A stretch of DNA of 64,000 nucleotides from IMG/VR virus record IMGVR_UViG_3300005805_000086, positions 1,547 through 65,546 of that record. The stretch is one strand, 5' to 3'. Made by a program: the position numbers and the translations under genes. Position 1 is the stretch's first letter; the number at the start of each line of letters is the position of its first letter. This document shows positions 35,285-44,696 of this stretch, one piece after another. The stretch comes from a virus. Taxonomy: Duplodnaviria; Caudoviricetes. Under the pieces are notes generated by a model. The model did not search any database. It was not told the origin of the DNA and was given only the letters and a program-made list of their open reading frames with translations.

Positions 35285-36097
35285 TCAGAACATCTTGTCC
35301 CAAGTAATTGGACCAATGACGCCATCATCCTTCAGACCATTTGCCTTCTGCCAAGCCTTGACTTTGGCCTCTGTTGCTGGACCGAAGTCACCATCCGCTT
35401 TTGCGCCAACAATGGCCTGAACCAGCATTACCTCTGGGCCCTTTGAGCCCTTCTTGACGGGGGTTCCTGGGTACTTGAATTCCATTGGCCCAGCCTCAAT
35501 GGCACCACCAGAGGGCTTAATTGCTTCTGCTGGTGCTGCAACAGAACCATCGGGGGAAGCATCACCGAGGCAGTACTGCCAGTGCCAAGCTTCAAACTCC
35601 TTAGAGTTTTTATCGCCAGTCTGTAGGTAGAAACCCCACTTAGGGGCGTTGGCGCACATCCACTCGAAACAAGCCCCACCCATTGACTGCAATTTCCCGC
35701 CAGCCTCGTATCCAAGGTCGATGGCTAGACCCCAACCATGATTTGAGCCTTTGACGCCAGTGGGGTCTGGGGCTGCCGATGGCGCTTTGCCTGGCTTCAG
35801 ATACCAAGTCTTTCCCTCATACTGGCGTGTTACTTGTGGGCTACGACCCTGGTCTGTAGTAGTATACCGATCCATAAACATAGACAGCTGGCCTTCAAAC
35901 GAGCGATAGTCGCCAACATTGCGAAGCTTGTAGCCAGCCGCAAGTGCCGCATCGTACATTTTGTCAAATTGTGCAGCAACTGGGGCATACATCTGGCCAC
36001 CAGTCTTTACTTTTGCAAGCAAATTTGCTGGTAGCTGACCATTTTTGTGACCATTAAGGGCAGTTGGCTTTACGAGTTTAATGTATGGGTACGCCAT
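35285..36097 (-). CDS. Endolysin: M15 (VanY-like) Zn peptidase + peptidoglycan-binding domain
   Basis: YRS..Q, SNHGWGLAID, EAWH; C-terminal KKGSKGPEV...ADGDFGPATE..VK.WQ...GL.DDGVIGPITW. Confidence 0.92.
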   Translation of the reverse strand: MAYPYIKLVKPTALNGHKNGQLPANLLAKVKTGGQMYAPVAAQFDKMYDAALAAGYKLRNVGDYRSFEGQLSMFMDRYTTTDQGRSPQVTRQYEGKTWYLKPGKAPSAAPDPTGVKGSNHGWGLAIDLGYEAGGKLQSMGGACFEWMCANAPKWGFYLQTGDKNSKEFEAWHWQYCLGDASPDGSVAAPAEAIKPSGGAIEAGPMEFKYPGTPVKKGSKGPEVMLVQAIVGAKADGDFGPATEAKVKAWQKANGLKDDGVIGPITWDKMF

Positions 36098-36131
36098 TTC
36101 ACAACCTCCATTGTTTAACTACAAGTATACG

Positions 36132-36341
36132 CTATGCACTAGATTCCTGTTTGGACTCCTTGTGCTTCATAGCCATAATTTGAGCAATGTTAATAAGTGT
36201 TGACGCCGCAAATATCTTGATCCCGATTTCTTGAGTATCTCCACTCAATGTGATAAGGACAAGAATGGTCCCGGAAAGCGTCCAGTTCATTTCAGTAATT
36301 GAATCCCAGAACAGACCAGCTAAATATTTAAATAATTTCAT
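36132..36341 (-). CDS. Small membrane protein
   Basis: WTLSGTILVLITLSG and a second hydrophobic helix; coupled to the upstream gene. Confidence 0.65.
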   Translation of the reverse strand: MKLFKYLAGLFWDSITEMNWTLSGTILVLITLSGDTQEIGIKIFAASTLINIAQIMAMKHKESKQESSA

Positions 36342-39085
36342 TTAATTCTCCCTCTTTGTGGACTTGATGTTGGCATTGCAGCAACAACAGCGGCAGTTGC
36401 AGCAATGAGAGTTCTTCTAGTACTTACTGGAACACTTGAACCGATTGGGACATATGTATCCATTGTGCCAGCACTAAAAATATCAATTTCTTCTTCAAAT
36501 GATTCACGCACTTCTTGTGGAGCATCCTGTACGGCCTCAATGACTTCAGCGGCCTGAGATTCATCCAGTTCTTCAGCATCAACAGTTGCGAAAATCTCAC
36601 TAGCTTGATCGCCAGTAATTGACTCCAGGACTTCTCCACTACTCGCGATACTCAAGGCTTGAGATTCATCAATGCCATTTTCAATAATTGTGTCAACGGC
36701 AGCAATAACCTGTTCGTCCGAAACGGTATCGCTACCAAGCACATCGACCAACTCGTCAAATGCTTCTTCAGATATTGGCTCATCTAAAATTGCGTCAATA
36801 ACTGATTCGAATGCCTCATCGCTGAGCGGTTCTTCGAACACGGTATTTAGAACCTCAGTAAATGCCTCATCGCTCAAATCGGCAGTAAAAACTTCGTCAA
36901 CTACTGATGCAATTTCTTCATCAGAAAGGTCTTGAGAGAAAACCTCAGACACCAATTCGGTTAGTGCTTCGTCAGATAGGTCCTGACTAAAAACTTCGGA
37001 TACCACAGCGGCAAATTGTTCAGCATCTAAGTCGGAAGTTAGTAGCTCTACAGCAATACCAATTAGCTCTTCGTCTGATTCAGCAGCATTTAAGGCATTC
37101 TCGACGGCATCTGCTAATTCTTCTGGTGATGGGTCATCGGCAAGAATGTCATCAACTACTTGCTCAGTATCTGGCTCGACTATCGGTACGCCTGGTGTCG
37201 TATCTGGCGTTTCTTCTTCTGGGGCTGATTGAGGTACGGTTGCTTCGGGGGACGTTGTGTCGGCTGAATCTCCGGTTCCTCCATCAGGACCTCCGTCTAT
37301 AGTGTCTGGAACTGTTGGTATTGTATCACTAGGAATAGTGGTGTCCGGCTCATCAGGTAGTGTCGTTGGTGGAATTGTTGGTTCCGGTTCTGGTTCGGTT
37401 GTTGTGGTTGGAGGAGTGGGTTCGTCAACCACTAGTTGAACTGCTTCTGATGGCTGTGAATAAACACCATGTGTGTCGTTATCGGCACGAACGGTAAATG
37501 AATATTCGGTGCCCAAACCCCCTGTCGAGGAAAATAACTGATAACCAAGTGTGATTTCAGTATTTAGGGAATTTTCGTCTCCAACATTCCCTGTTGCAAT
37601 CCCCCATCCCGATTCGCCGGTACTCCATGAAATTGCATATCTCTCGGGCGAGACCCCGGAGTTTTGATCCGAAGAATTCCATGAGACCGCTACGCCATCT
37701 TCGCTATTGGAAACAGAAAGATTTGTTGGTTGACCTAAAAACTTCGGAATAGTTGTGGTTGTTGTTGTTGGCGTCGGGCTTCCATATATCTTTATATTAA
37801 AACCGCACCAATCACTGCCCCAGGCACTTGTAGTGACACCGTTATTAGAGCCACCCACATAAGATGCATATAGATTTACGTCATAGGGTTCAATCCACGC
37901 ACTCTCGCCCGGATCGACGAGACCTGCAAAAACCGCCATTGCGTTGAAATTGGAGTCGTCAGTGAATGGACCAGCACCCCATCCAGATCCATTCGTAGTT
38001 CCAGTAACATAAATTGGTGAATATGGACCACATCCTCCGCCAGAGTAGTTGCCAGAGGGAATCGTCGTAGTTGTAGTTGTTGTCGTCGTTGTTGTCGGAG
38101 TTGACTGAGTAGTAAAAGCACTCGCTGGAACAACTTCCCATCCGTTACCAATATTCCACCAAAGAGCCATGCATTCTCCGCCACCCCACTCATAAAACCA
38201 TGCATCCAATGGCACCGATTGTCCTGGGGTAAATTGTATTACTGGAGATTCCGTATAGTTACATGCCCTTATTCCCCAGTAACCAAAGTCGGTATTGCCG
38301 ATTGTTGCTGATGAGCCGTCGTCCGAATACAACCTAAACTGTGCCTGGGATACTGGGACCACAATATTCCCGGTATAATGGAGCATGACCTGATTCGTTC
38401 TACACCCAGCCATGTATGTTTCTGGCCAGTTATTAATATTTTCATATGATGTAGTGCAATCTGGACTAATAGAGTCAACACGTAATGGTGGATTAGTTGT
38501 TATTTCGTAACCACGAACATAAACACCTGTTTGGGGTGCGGCAGCAACTGGTTCACCAAGAAGAGACATGTTTGTAAATATTGCGCCATAACAGCCTGCC
38601 CAAACAACATTTGGCCCATCATTTCCTGATATCGAAATAGTTATAACTTCGTTTGGAATTGAGGTTGTTATCTCCATTCCAAATTCTGTAGTTATATCTG
38701 GAGCAGTTTGCCACGATGATGTAACGGTCTCGTTTGAGTCAGATAGATCTACCTTGTATTCCGCATCAATCCATGTTTCAGTTCGATCCGTAACTTCATA
38801 TGTGAGCAATAATTCTGAGGGTTCGGCGATTGTTAATGTTTGAGTTACTGTTGACGTTTGATAAGAAAAATTAAGTGCGTTTTGTTGCCACTCCCCAAGC
38901 GACGGGAGTCCGCTATCACAATTTTGCCCACCGCTTGCTCCAATCCACTTGCCACCAGATGAGGAAAATGCCCCATTGATGCCATACGCGGCATATGCCT
39001 TGGTCGGGGTAGGGGAAAACCATGCGAGTGCAGCTATAAGCCAGAAGACCCATCTGGCACCACTATGGCGACGACTAGTACTCAA
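36338..39085 (-). CDS. Large secreted multi-domain protein: PA14 + LCCL-like + FN3 + acidic 17-aa repeats + hydrophobic C-terminus
   Basis: Signal peptide; RLYSDDG...FYEWGGGE (PA14); G.W..GP.TDDS..AMAV.AG (LCCL-like); PTNLSV...YSFTVRADN (FN3); VFSQDLSDEA repeats. Confidence 0.8.
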   Translation of the reverse strand: MSTSRRHSGARWVFWLIAALAWFSPTPTKAYAAYGINGAFSSSGGKWIGASGGQNCDSGLPSLGEWQQNALNFSYQTSTVTQTLTIAEPSELLLTYEVTDRTETWIDAEYKVDLSDSNETVTSSWQTAPDITTEFGMEITTSIPNEVITISISGNDGPNVVWAGCYGAIFTNMSLLGEPVAAAPQTGVYVRGYEITTNPPLRVDSISPDCTTSYENINNWPETYMAGCRTNQVMLHYTGNIVVPVSQAQFRLYSDDGSSATIGNTDFGYWGIRACNYTESPVIQFTPGQSVPLDAWFYEWGGGECMALWWNIGNGWEVVPASAFTTQSTPTTTTTTTTTTTIPSGNYSGGGCGPYSPIYVTGTTNGSGWGAGPFTDDSNFNAMAVFAGLVDPGESAWIEPYDVNLYASYVGGSNNGVTTSAWGSDWCGFNIKIYGSPTPTTTTTTIPKFLGQPTNLSVSNSEDGVAVSWNSSDQNSGVSPERYAISWSTGESGWGIATGNVGDENSLNTEITLGYQLFSSTGGLGTEYSFTVRADNDTHGVYSQPSEAVQLVVDEPTPPTTTTEPEPEPTIPPTTLPDEPDTTIPSDTIPTVPDTIDGGPDGGTGDSADTTSPEATVPQSAPEEETPDTTPGVPIVEPDTEQVVDDILADDPSPEELADAVENALNAAESDEELIGIAVELLTSDLDAEQFAAVVSEVFSQDLSDEALTELVSEVFSQDLSDEEIASVVDEVFTADLSDEAFTEVLNTVFEEPLSDEAFESVIDAILDEPISEEAFDELVDVLGSDTVSDEQVIAAVDTIIENGIDESQALSIASSGEVLESITGDQASEIFATVDAEELDESQAAEVIEAVQDAPQEVRESFEEEIDIFSAGTMDTYVPIGSSVPVSTRRTLIAATAAVVAAMPTSSPQRGRIK

Positions 39086-39148
39086 TGACAGTCCCCTTTC
39101 ATTGTAGTACTACTGTACCAAATGAAACGTTTATGTCAGTATGTCTTT

Positions 39149-39919
39149 TTAGTTAAATATTTTATCTAACTCTGGCGCATAGTATGCTGAAATATTTTTT
39201 ACATGTTCCTGTATTGCTGCATTACGAACTCTTTGAGCAGTAACAGGGGATATGTGTTGCTTATACAGCAATTCCGGGATGTGAACACACTGCGTTTTTA
39301 GAAACGTTCTCACAAATAGCTCATAATCATCGGCAACTTCAAGATGTGGGCTATGTCCGCCAAGCTCCCTGTACGTACTTGCTCGCCAGGCCCTGACGTG
39401 ATTTGGCGCAGATACTATGTGTCCTACCGTTGTTCGATTAAGGGGCGGAGAAGACATAACCCAAAGGTTGTATTCCTGCGACCAGTACTCGGAGCCATAA
39501 CCAAATGCCCAACCCGGCGGATAGCGCCCAGACTCTCCTGATGGAAGAATTTCACACCAATCTGAATATACAAATCCAGCATCTGGATTGTTTTGAAATG
39601 CATCGTGGATTAGCTGTAATGCATTTGGCGTCAGTTCATCATCATGGTCTAATTCTACGAGGATGTCTCCTTCTGCAACCATGAATCCGCGCCGCTTCAC
39701 TCTGCCAATTGAACCAGAGTGGACATGTGAGCGATGCATTTGAATCTTATACCGCTCGTCCGAGCAGAAGCCATAGATTTGGCGCCACGTTTCATTGTGT
39801 GTCGAGTCATCCCAGATGACCCATTCCCAATCAGTGAACGTCTGGGACTTAAGGGAGCCCCATGTCCGGGCCAAAATATCCTGCGGCGTATTGTACGTAG
39901 GTGTGATTATTGAAATCAT
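39149..39919 (-). CDS. Glycosyltransferase family 2
   Basis: ISIITPTYN, IWDDS, ELDHDD (DxD), DYEL. Confidence 0.92.
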   Translation of the reverse strand: MISIITPTYNTPQDILARTWGSLKSQTFTDWEWVIWDDSTHNETWRQIYGFCSDERYKIQMHRSHVHSGSIGRVKRRGFMVAEGDILVELDHDDELTPNALQLIHDAFQNNPDAGFVYSDWCEILPSGESGRYPPGWAFGYGSEYWSQEYNLWVMSSPPLNRTTVGHIVSAPNHVRAWRASTYRELGGHSPHLEVADDYELFVRTFLKTQCVHIPELLYKQHISPVTAQRVRNAAIQEHVKNISAYYAPELDKIFN

Positions 39920-40564
39920 TTATTCTGCCTTATGCACATGGAACTCAACTGGATTGCATACCAGGAATGAACTAAGAATGAGTTTTTCAGATGAAATTGG
40001 AACAAGCGCTTCATGTGGGTACATCCATGATGTTGGAAACAGCACAATTGCTCCCTTTTGTGGCTTGACTTTTAGGTCTTGGTAGCGAAAGTACGTTTCC
40101 CCACCTTCATCAACTGTATTGATGTAACACAAAATTGCGGCAACTCTGTTGAACACATTGAATGACCATTGCTCGCCATCGATGTGTTCTTTGTAGTAGC
40201 CCTCATTCTGCTTGTACATTTGCCATAGATATCCAGTATCTTCAATATTTGGCGCAGTTGATAGATATTGAAAATTATCTAGGTAATCAGTAATTGTTGA
40301 TTTGATTTCCTGATAAATTTTTTCGTCAATAACTTTTCGTTCCTTGAGAATCTCTTCCTCATTGATGAAATTCTTATTGACATCTTGGTCAAGGGTGTTT
40401 TTCCATTTGACATTGTCTGGGCCAGATGATTGTCCGGAAATGGTGATTCCTGGAGACGACTTGTGGAGATTATTGAAATAAAAGTTCCATATCTCATCAC
40501 ATAGTTCATCGGAGAGTCCATTTTCGTAATATGCAATACCCTGATGTATGAATTTTGCAGTCAT
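39920..40564 (-). CDS. 2OG-Fe(II) oxygenase (prolyl-hydroxylase-like)
   Basis: HID (HxD), YIN...GGETYF, P..G.IVLFP...HEA, K. Confidence 0.9.
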   Translation of the reverse strand: MTAKFIHQGIAYYENGLSDELCDEIWNFYFNNLHKSSPGITISGQSSGPDNVKWKNTLDQDVNKNFINEEEILKERKVIDEKIYQEIKSTITDYLDNFQYLSTAPNIEDTGYLWQMYKQNEGYYKEHIDGEQWSFNVFNRVAAILCYINTVDEGGETYFRYQDLKVKPQKGAIVLFPTSWMYPHEALVPISSEKLILSSFLVCNPVEFHVHKAE

Positions 40565-40565
40565 T

Positions 40566-41471
40566 TCAAATAAACATGTTCCTGTAGAGGTGGCCGATGT
40601 TGTCGTAGAACATTTTTGATTTTATCCACATCTTTGTCAATGGTTGCATTTCTGAAAGTTCTTCAACTGGGGGCTGTCTTCGGGCATCTGCCTCACCGCG
40701 CAAATATCTATAAACATGCATATCGCTTTGATTTTCCTCAATCTCGTTCTTCACTTCTTCGGGCATGCGAATCTTATACAAAAAATCACGCGCCGCAAGT
40801 GCTACTGGCTCGGTGGAGCACCATGGCTCATTCGTCATTTCTGCCCACTCAATGATTAATTTAAGATTTGGTAAGAGGCTTCGTGATGCTGTGGGTAAAT
40901 CGCTTTCATTCGTTTCGAAGACTTCATTAGAGTCATTCTGGCCCTCAAAATACTTCACATAAATCAAGTGTCCCACTCCATCAACGGAAAGCAAGGAGAA
41001 ATAAACTTCTAGATTACTTAGGGCAAAAGGTCTTAAACTATTCACGGCAGAACCAAGTGCCACCTGGCCATTTCGTATGAATACCGCTGGGCCATTTCTT
41101 GCAGCATCACATCTTTCTTCGCTGTACCTGCGCGCTGGTTGAGAGTCCATGAACTTGAAAACTCCGACTGATGAATTTGCTGGTCTAGTAATTAGTTCCG
41201 CAATGTACTCATGGCGAATATTATTAATCACATATGCATCATCGTCATAAAACAAAGTAAATGTATAGGTATTTATCCCCTCGTTCATTGCGAGGAATAT
41301 GTTTCCTCTCTCGTCACTAAACAGGCTATACAGATAGGGTGAAACTAATTTGCCGGTCGCATCAATCCTCAAGGAGTGAGTGTCGCTTGGGATTTTGGTG
41401 AATACAAACGTACGGGTTGAATTTAGGTCATGTCTCACTGGATAAATGTGATTATATTGCGTTATGTCCAT
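40566..41471 (-). CDS. Hypothetical protein, paralogue of 41484-42200
   Basis: Shared C-terminal motifs IxEWA, EPVAxAA, RYLRGxxDAR. Confidence 0.75.
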   Translation of the reverse strand: MDITQYNHIYPVRHDLNSTRTFVFTKIPSDTHSLRIDATGKLVSPYLYSLFSDERGNIFLAMNEGINTYTFTLFYDDDAYVINNIRHEYIAELITRPANSSVGVFKFMDSQPARRYSEERCDAARNGPAVFIRNGQVALGSAVNSLRPFALSNLEVYFSLLSVDGVGHLIYVKYFEGQNDSNEVFETNESDLPTASRSLLPNLKLIIEWAEMTNEPWCSTEPVALAARDFLYKIRMPEEVKNEIEENQSDMHVYRYLRGEADARRQPPVEELSEMQPLTKMWIKSKMFYDNIGHLYRNMFI

Positions 41472-41483
41472 AAATCACGTCAA

Positions 41484-42200
41484 TCACTTTGGGCCATACG
41501 GCCAGATGGTTGGACGATGCAAAATCAACTCTTCAACCCATTCATTAAATTCGTTGGTCATGTCTGGGATACCCTCAATAGGTGCTCTCATTCTTGCGTC
41601 CGTATGTCCACGCAGATATCTGGCAACCTTTTGGTCTGGGACAGATGACCAGAGCCAATCCAAAATATTTTCTGGAATGTTTAGTTCATTAATAAACCCA
41701 GATGCTGCAATGGCAACTGGTTCATTGTTGCCCATATTCTCATGAACCCATGCCCACTCTAGGATGCCGCGAAATACTTCCTGGAATGTTCTGCCATTAC
41801 ATTCTGAATGCTGCATACTATAGTCTTCATTTTCGGGATTAAAATATTCTAGGTAAACAATAAATCCCTTCTCGGTTTGGACAGGTACTCGGAAAATCCT
41901 ACAATGTGTCAAACATGTGTAGTGGTCATTGGTAGTTCCATACGGTTTTGAAGTAGAGCCACAGGAGCAAACTTCGTTTTCATAATCCCATTCATGGAAT
42001 GCACTTGGAAGGTATACATTTCTTGGAGCACTATTGTCGCAGCGATTGAAAGTAGCGTTGGTTTCACTGTCTATGTCAGCCTCAAATCTAAAATTTTTGA
42101 CCGCTTTGCAGAAATTAAACAAACCGACTGAATCGGTAATACCAATTTCGCGGAAATAGTAACCAATTCCGCCTTCATGCGTTGGGTGATTATCAAGCAT
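41484..42200 (-). CDS. Hypothetical protein, paralogue of 40566-41471
   Basis: Same shared motifs; Cys cluster CSC...HYTCLTHC. Confidence 0.75.
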   Translation of the reverse strand: MLDNHPTHEGGIGYYFREIGITDSVGLFNFCKAVKNFRFEADIDSETNATFNRCDNSAPRNVYLPSAFHEWDYENEVCSCGSTSKPYGTTNDHYTCLTHCRIFRVPVQTEKGFIVYLEYFNPENEDYSMQHSECNGRTFQEVFRGILEWAWVHENMGNNEPVAIAASGFINELNIPENILDWLWSSVPDQKVARYLRGHTDARMRAPIEGIPDMTNEFNEWVEELILHRPTIWPYGPK

Positions 42201-42209
42201 TTTTTCTCC

Positions 42210-43055
42210 CTAAAATTTTATGATAAAGCATATCGGTACAACATTGAGTGTGTGATTATGTGCTGTTGTATTTGCGGTATCAGAAGTTGCGCTGTTTGAC
42301 CACGTATGGGAATGACTCAATGTTGTTGATGTTGGAATTGTGTGTCCATGGTTGGCATTTGACGTCTGGGTTCCAGTTGTGTGGCTATGAACTTGGGCAT
42401 TATCAGTAGAAAAGTATCCATGTTGTGTTGCATCATGTCCGGTATATCCAGTTTCATAGTTTGCTGCACTATTCCCGGCAGGTATCGTGTGTCTATGGGT
42501 ATTGCTTGGTCCTCCCGTATTGTGGGAGTGATTCCAGTTTGAGGTAACTAGTGAGTGGTTATGTGAACCACCATCACTCAAGGTGTGGCTATGGGAAGCG
42601 CCATCAGCATTTGTTGTCGCATTTGCGGTTAACGTATGGGTATGGGCAAGTGACGTTGCGGCGTACGATGCTGTCGTTGCTCCAGCATTTGCCCCAGATG
42701 TGATTCCAATTGGGATATACGCTGTCATATCGGGCACCCTGAAGTGACTACTCCCAGCACCACCGCTTCCATTAGTGTAACTACCATATCGTGTTGTTAT
42801 CACCTGAGATAAGGCGTAGTACTGAGAACCTACGGAGCCAATTGCGTACTGACCACCATCACAAAGCAGCCATCCTGATGGGATTGCCGAAGAAAGCCCA
42901 GCCCACATCTCAATTGTCCCAATTGGGACAATGCTATCAACAACAAATGATGTTCCATTAAATACGAATACCTCACTATCAAGCGGAGATGAAGCATCCA
43001 GAACGATGTTATTTATCGTAATTGTTGATGGAATTCTAAAAGTAGACTCAGCCAT
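42210..43055 (-). CDS. Tail-collar-domain fibre with HxH repeats (1)
   Basis: PIGTIEMWAG...GWLLCDG...FRVPD collar; 9 HxH motifs; C-terminal FIIK. Confidence 0.88.
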   Translation of the reverse strand: MAESTFRIPSTITINNIVLDASSPLDSEVFVFNGTSFVVDSIVPIGTIEMWAGLSSAIPSGWLLCDGGQYAIGSVGSQYYALSQVITTRYGSYTNGSGGAGSSHFRVPDMTAYIPIGITSGANAGATTASYAATSLAHTHTLTANATTNADGASHSHTLSDGGSHNHSLVTSNWNHSHNTGGPSNTHRHTIPAGNSAANYETGYTGHDATQHGYFSTDNAQVHSHTTGTQTSNANHGHTIPTSTTLSHSHTWSNSATSDTANTTAHNHTLNVVPICFIIKF

Positions 43056-43882
43056 TACTGAAACCTTATGTAGAAATATACACCAGTAACTGACGTTAGT
43101 GTATGTGAATGATTAAATGTAGTGTTGGACAGCGTAGTGCTGTAGTTGTGAGACGAATGTGTTCCTCCATCACTACTTGACCCATGGGTGTGCCCGGAAG
43201 CAGAGTTTACGTTGTGATTATGGCTCGCAGATGCATTATTGATGTTGTGCGTGTGGTTTCCGCTAATTCCGCCGGTATTGCCACTCCCAGATGTATTTGT
43301 TAAAGCGATATTGTGAGCATGCTGCACAGATGTTGATGACCCAACGTGGCTATGCCCTCCGGAGTTGGCGGATGTATTGCCAAAATTGTGAGTGTGTGCC
43401 ACTGACTCATTACCACTTATTGTATGAGAGTGGTCATGTGCCTTATTTGCACCAGCATCAACGCTTCTGGTTATTGTCGTATTATGTGTGTGGCTGCCGT
43501 CAAATGTTGTTCCACCAATATTTATTGTTGTTGGTAGGCTTGTGTTCGCAACGCTTCCATATGGGAAGCCATAGTCTATTAAATTTGGTAGATTAAATGT
43601 TGTTGAGTTATCGCCAACTCCATATTTTGTGCCTATGACAGAAAATAATGCTGAATAAGTTGTGCGAGAAATCGCCTGACCATTACATATGAGGTAATTA
43701 CTTGGCGCAGTTCCAGTCACATACATTCTTACAATCCCAATTGGTATTGCTTGAACTGTTGCAATAAATTTACTAGAACTCAAACTATAAACAAGATTTC
43801 GTTTATCCGAGACACCAGATGTATCAATGAGAACACTCTGTGTCGTAAGTGTTGTTGGAGTAGAAAACTTTGATGACGACAT
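43055..43882 (-). CDS. Tail-collar-domain fibre with HxH repeats (2)
   Basis: PIGIV...YLICNGQAISRTTYSALFSVIGTKYG.GD.STTFNLP; about 9-10 HxH motifs. Confidence 0.9.
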   Translation of the reverse strand: MSSSKFSTPTTLTTQSVLIDTSGVSDKRNLVYSLSSSKFIATVQAIPIGIVRMYVTGTAPSNYLICNGQAISRTTYSALFSVIGTKYGVGDNSTTFNLPNLIDYGFPYGSVANTSLPTTINIGGTTFDGSHTHNTTITRSVDAGANKAHDHSHTISGNESVAHTHNFGNTSANSGGHSHVGSSTSVQHAHNIALTNTSGSGNTGGISGNHTHNINNASASHNHNVNSASGHTHGSSSDGGTHSSHNYSTTLSNTTFNHSHTLTSVTGVYFYIRFQ

Positions 43883-43884
43883 AA

Positions 43885-44694
43885 TTACGACCTAATAATA
43901 AACATGACTTGCATAACTGCAAATGTTCCATGGCTATGATTGCTAATGCTCGTATTTTGTGATGATGCTGAAATTGACGTAATCGCATGAGTATGAGAAA
44001 GGCTTGTACTTCCCGTTGCAGTGTGTGTGTGGTTGGCACTATTTCCGGCATCATTATGTGAATGGGCAGCATCATTTGCCGAAGCACCATGTTCGTGCGT
44101 AGTATCTGAATAGCCAGTATTAGTTTGTGCGCCAGAAAGTTTTGTTTGATATGTATGTGTATGTGCTCCTCCGGCTGAAACAGAACCGCCGTGTGTATGA
44201 GTTCCTTTGTCGTCGCTTGTAACTGAATGTGAGTGCGCGCCATCAGTCGCAGAGTTGTGAGAATGTGCCAATGAAACAGAAGTACCGTCTGTTCCATATG
44301 TAGCAGTATGTGAATGGTTGTGTGTGACCGTTGAACTTGCAGAGTTTTGCAATGAGTTGGCAGTATTTGATGTCATTCCTATTGGAATACGTGACACCAA
44401 ATTCGGAACTCGCACATTACCCGCTGTTTCTCCGCCAGTATTAAAACGAGTACCCAATAATGTTCCGAGGGCCGATGACGACAAGACCTGTTGGCCATCA
44501 CACAATAACCAGCCAGATGGCACGGAACTTCCGGCATACATGATAACCGTGCCAACAGGATTTTCTGTCGTTGGGGTGAACGATGTTGAAGAAGAAGCGT
44601 ATGTCAATACCTGACCGGATGTTGCTCCAGCAAGATTGAATGTAACGCCATCTAGATTTAGGTCGTCTGATATTTTGAATGAACTAACAGCCAT
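43885..44694 (-). CDS. Tail-collar-domain fibre with HxH repeats (3)
   Basis: PVGTVIMYAG..VPSGWLLCDG...VPNL; about 10 HxH motifs; C-terminal FIIR. Confidence 0.88.
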   Translation of the reverse strand: MAVSSFKISDDLNLDGVTFNLAGATSGQVLTYASSSTSFTPTTENPVGTVIMYAGSSVPSGWLLCDGQQVLSSSALGTLLGTRFNTGGETAGNVRVPNLVSRIPIGMTSNTANSLQNSASSTVTHNHSHTATYGTDGTSVSLAHSHNSATDGAHSHSVTSDDKGTHTHGGSVSAGGAHTHTYQTKLSGAQTNTGYSDTTHEHGASANDAAHSHNDAGNSANHTHTATGSTSLSHTHAITSISASSQNTSISNHSHGTFAVMQVMFIIRS

Positions 44695-44696
44695 AG

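Noticed and set aside
42210-44694. Shufflon or diversity-generating retroelement acting on the fibre paralogues
   Set aside because: No invertase or reverse transcriptase in the window, all copies share one orientation, and no template/variable repeat pair differing at adenines was found.
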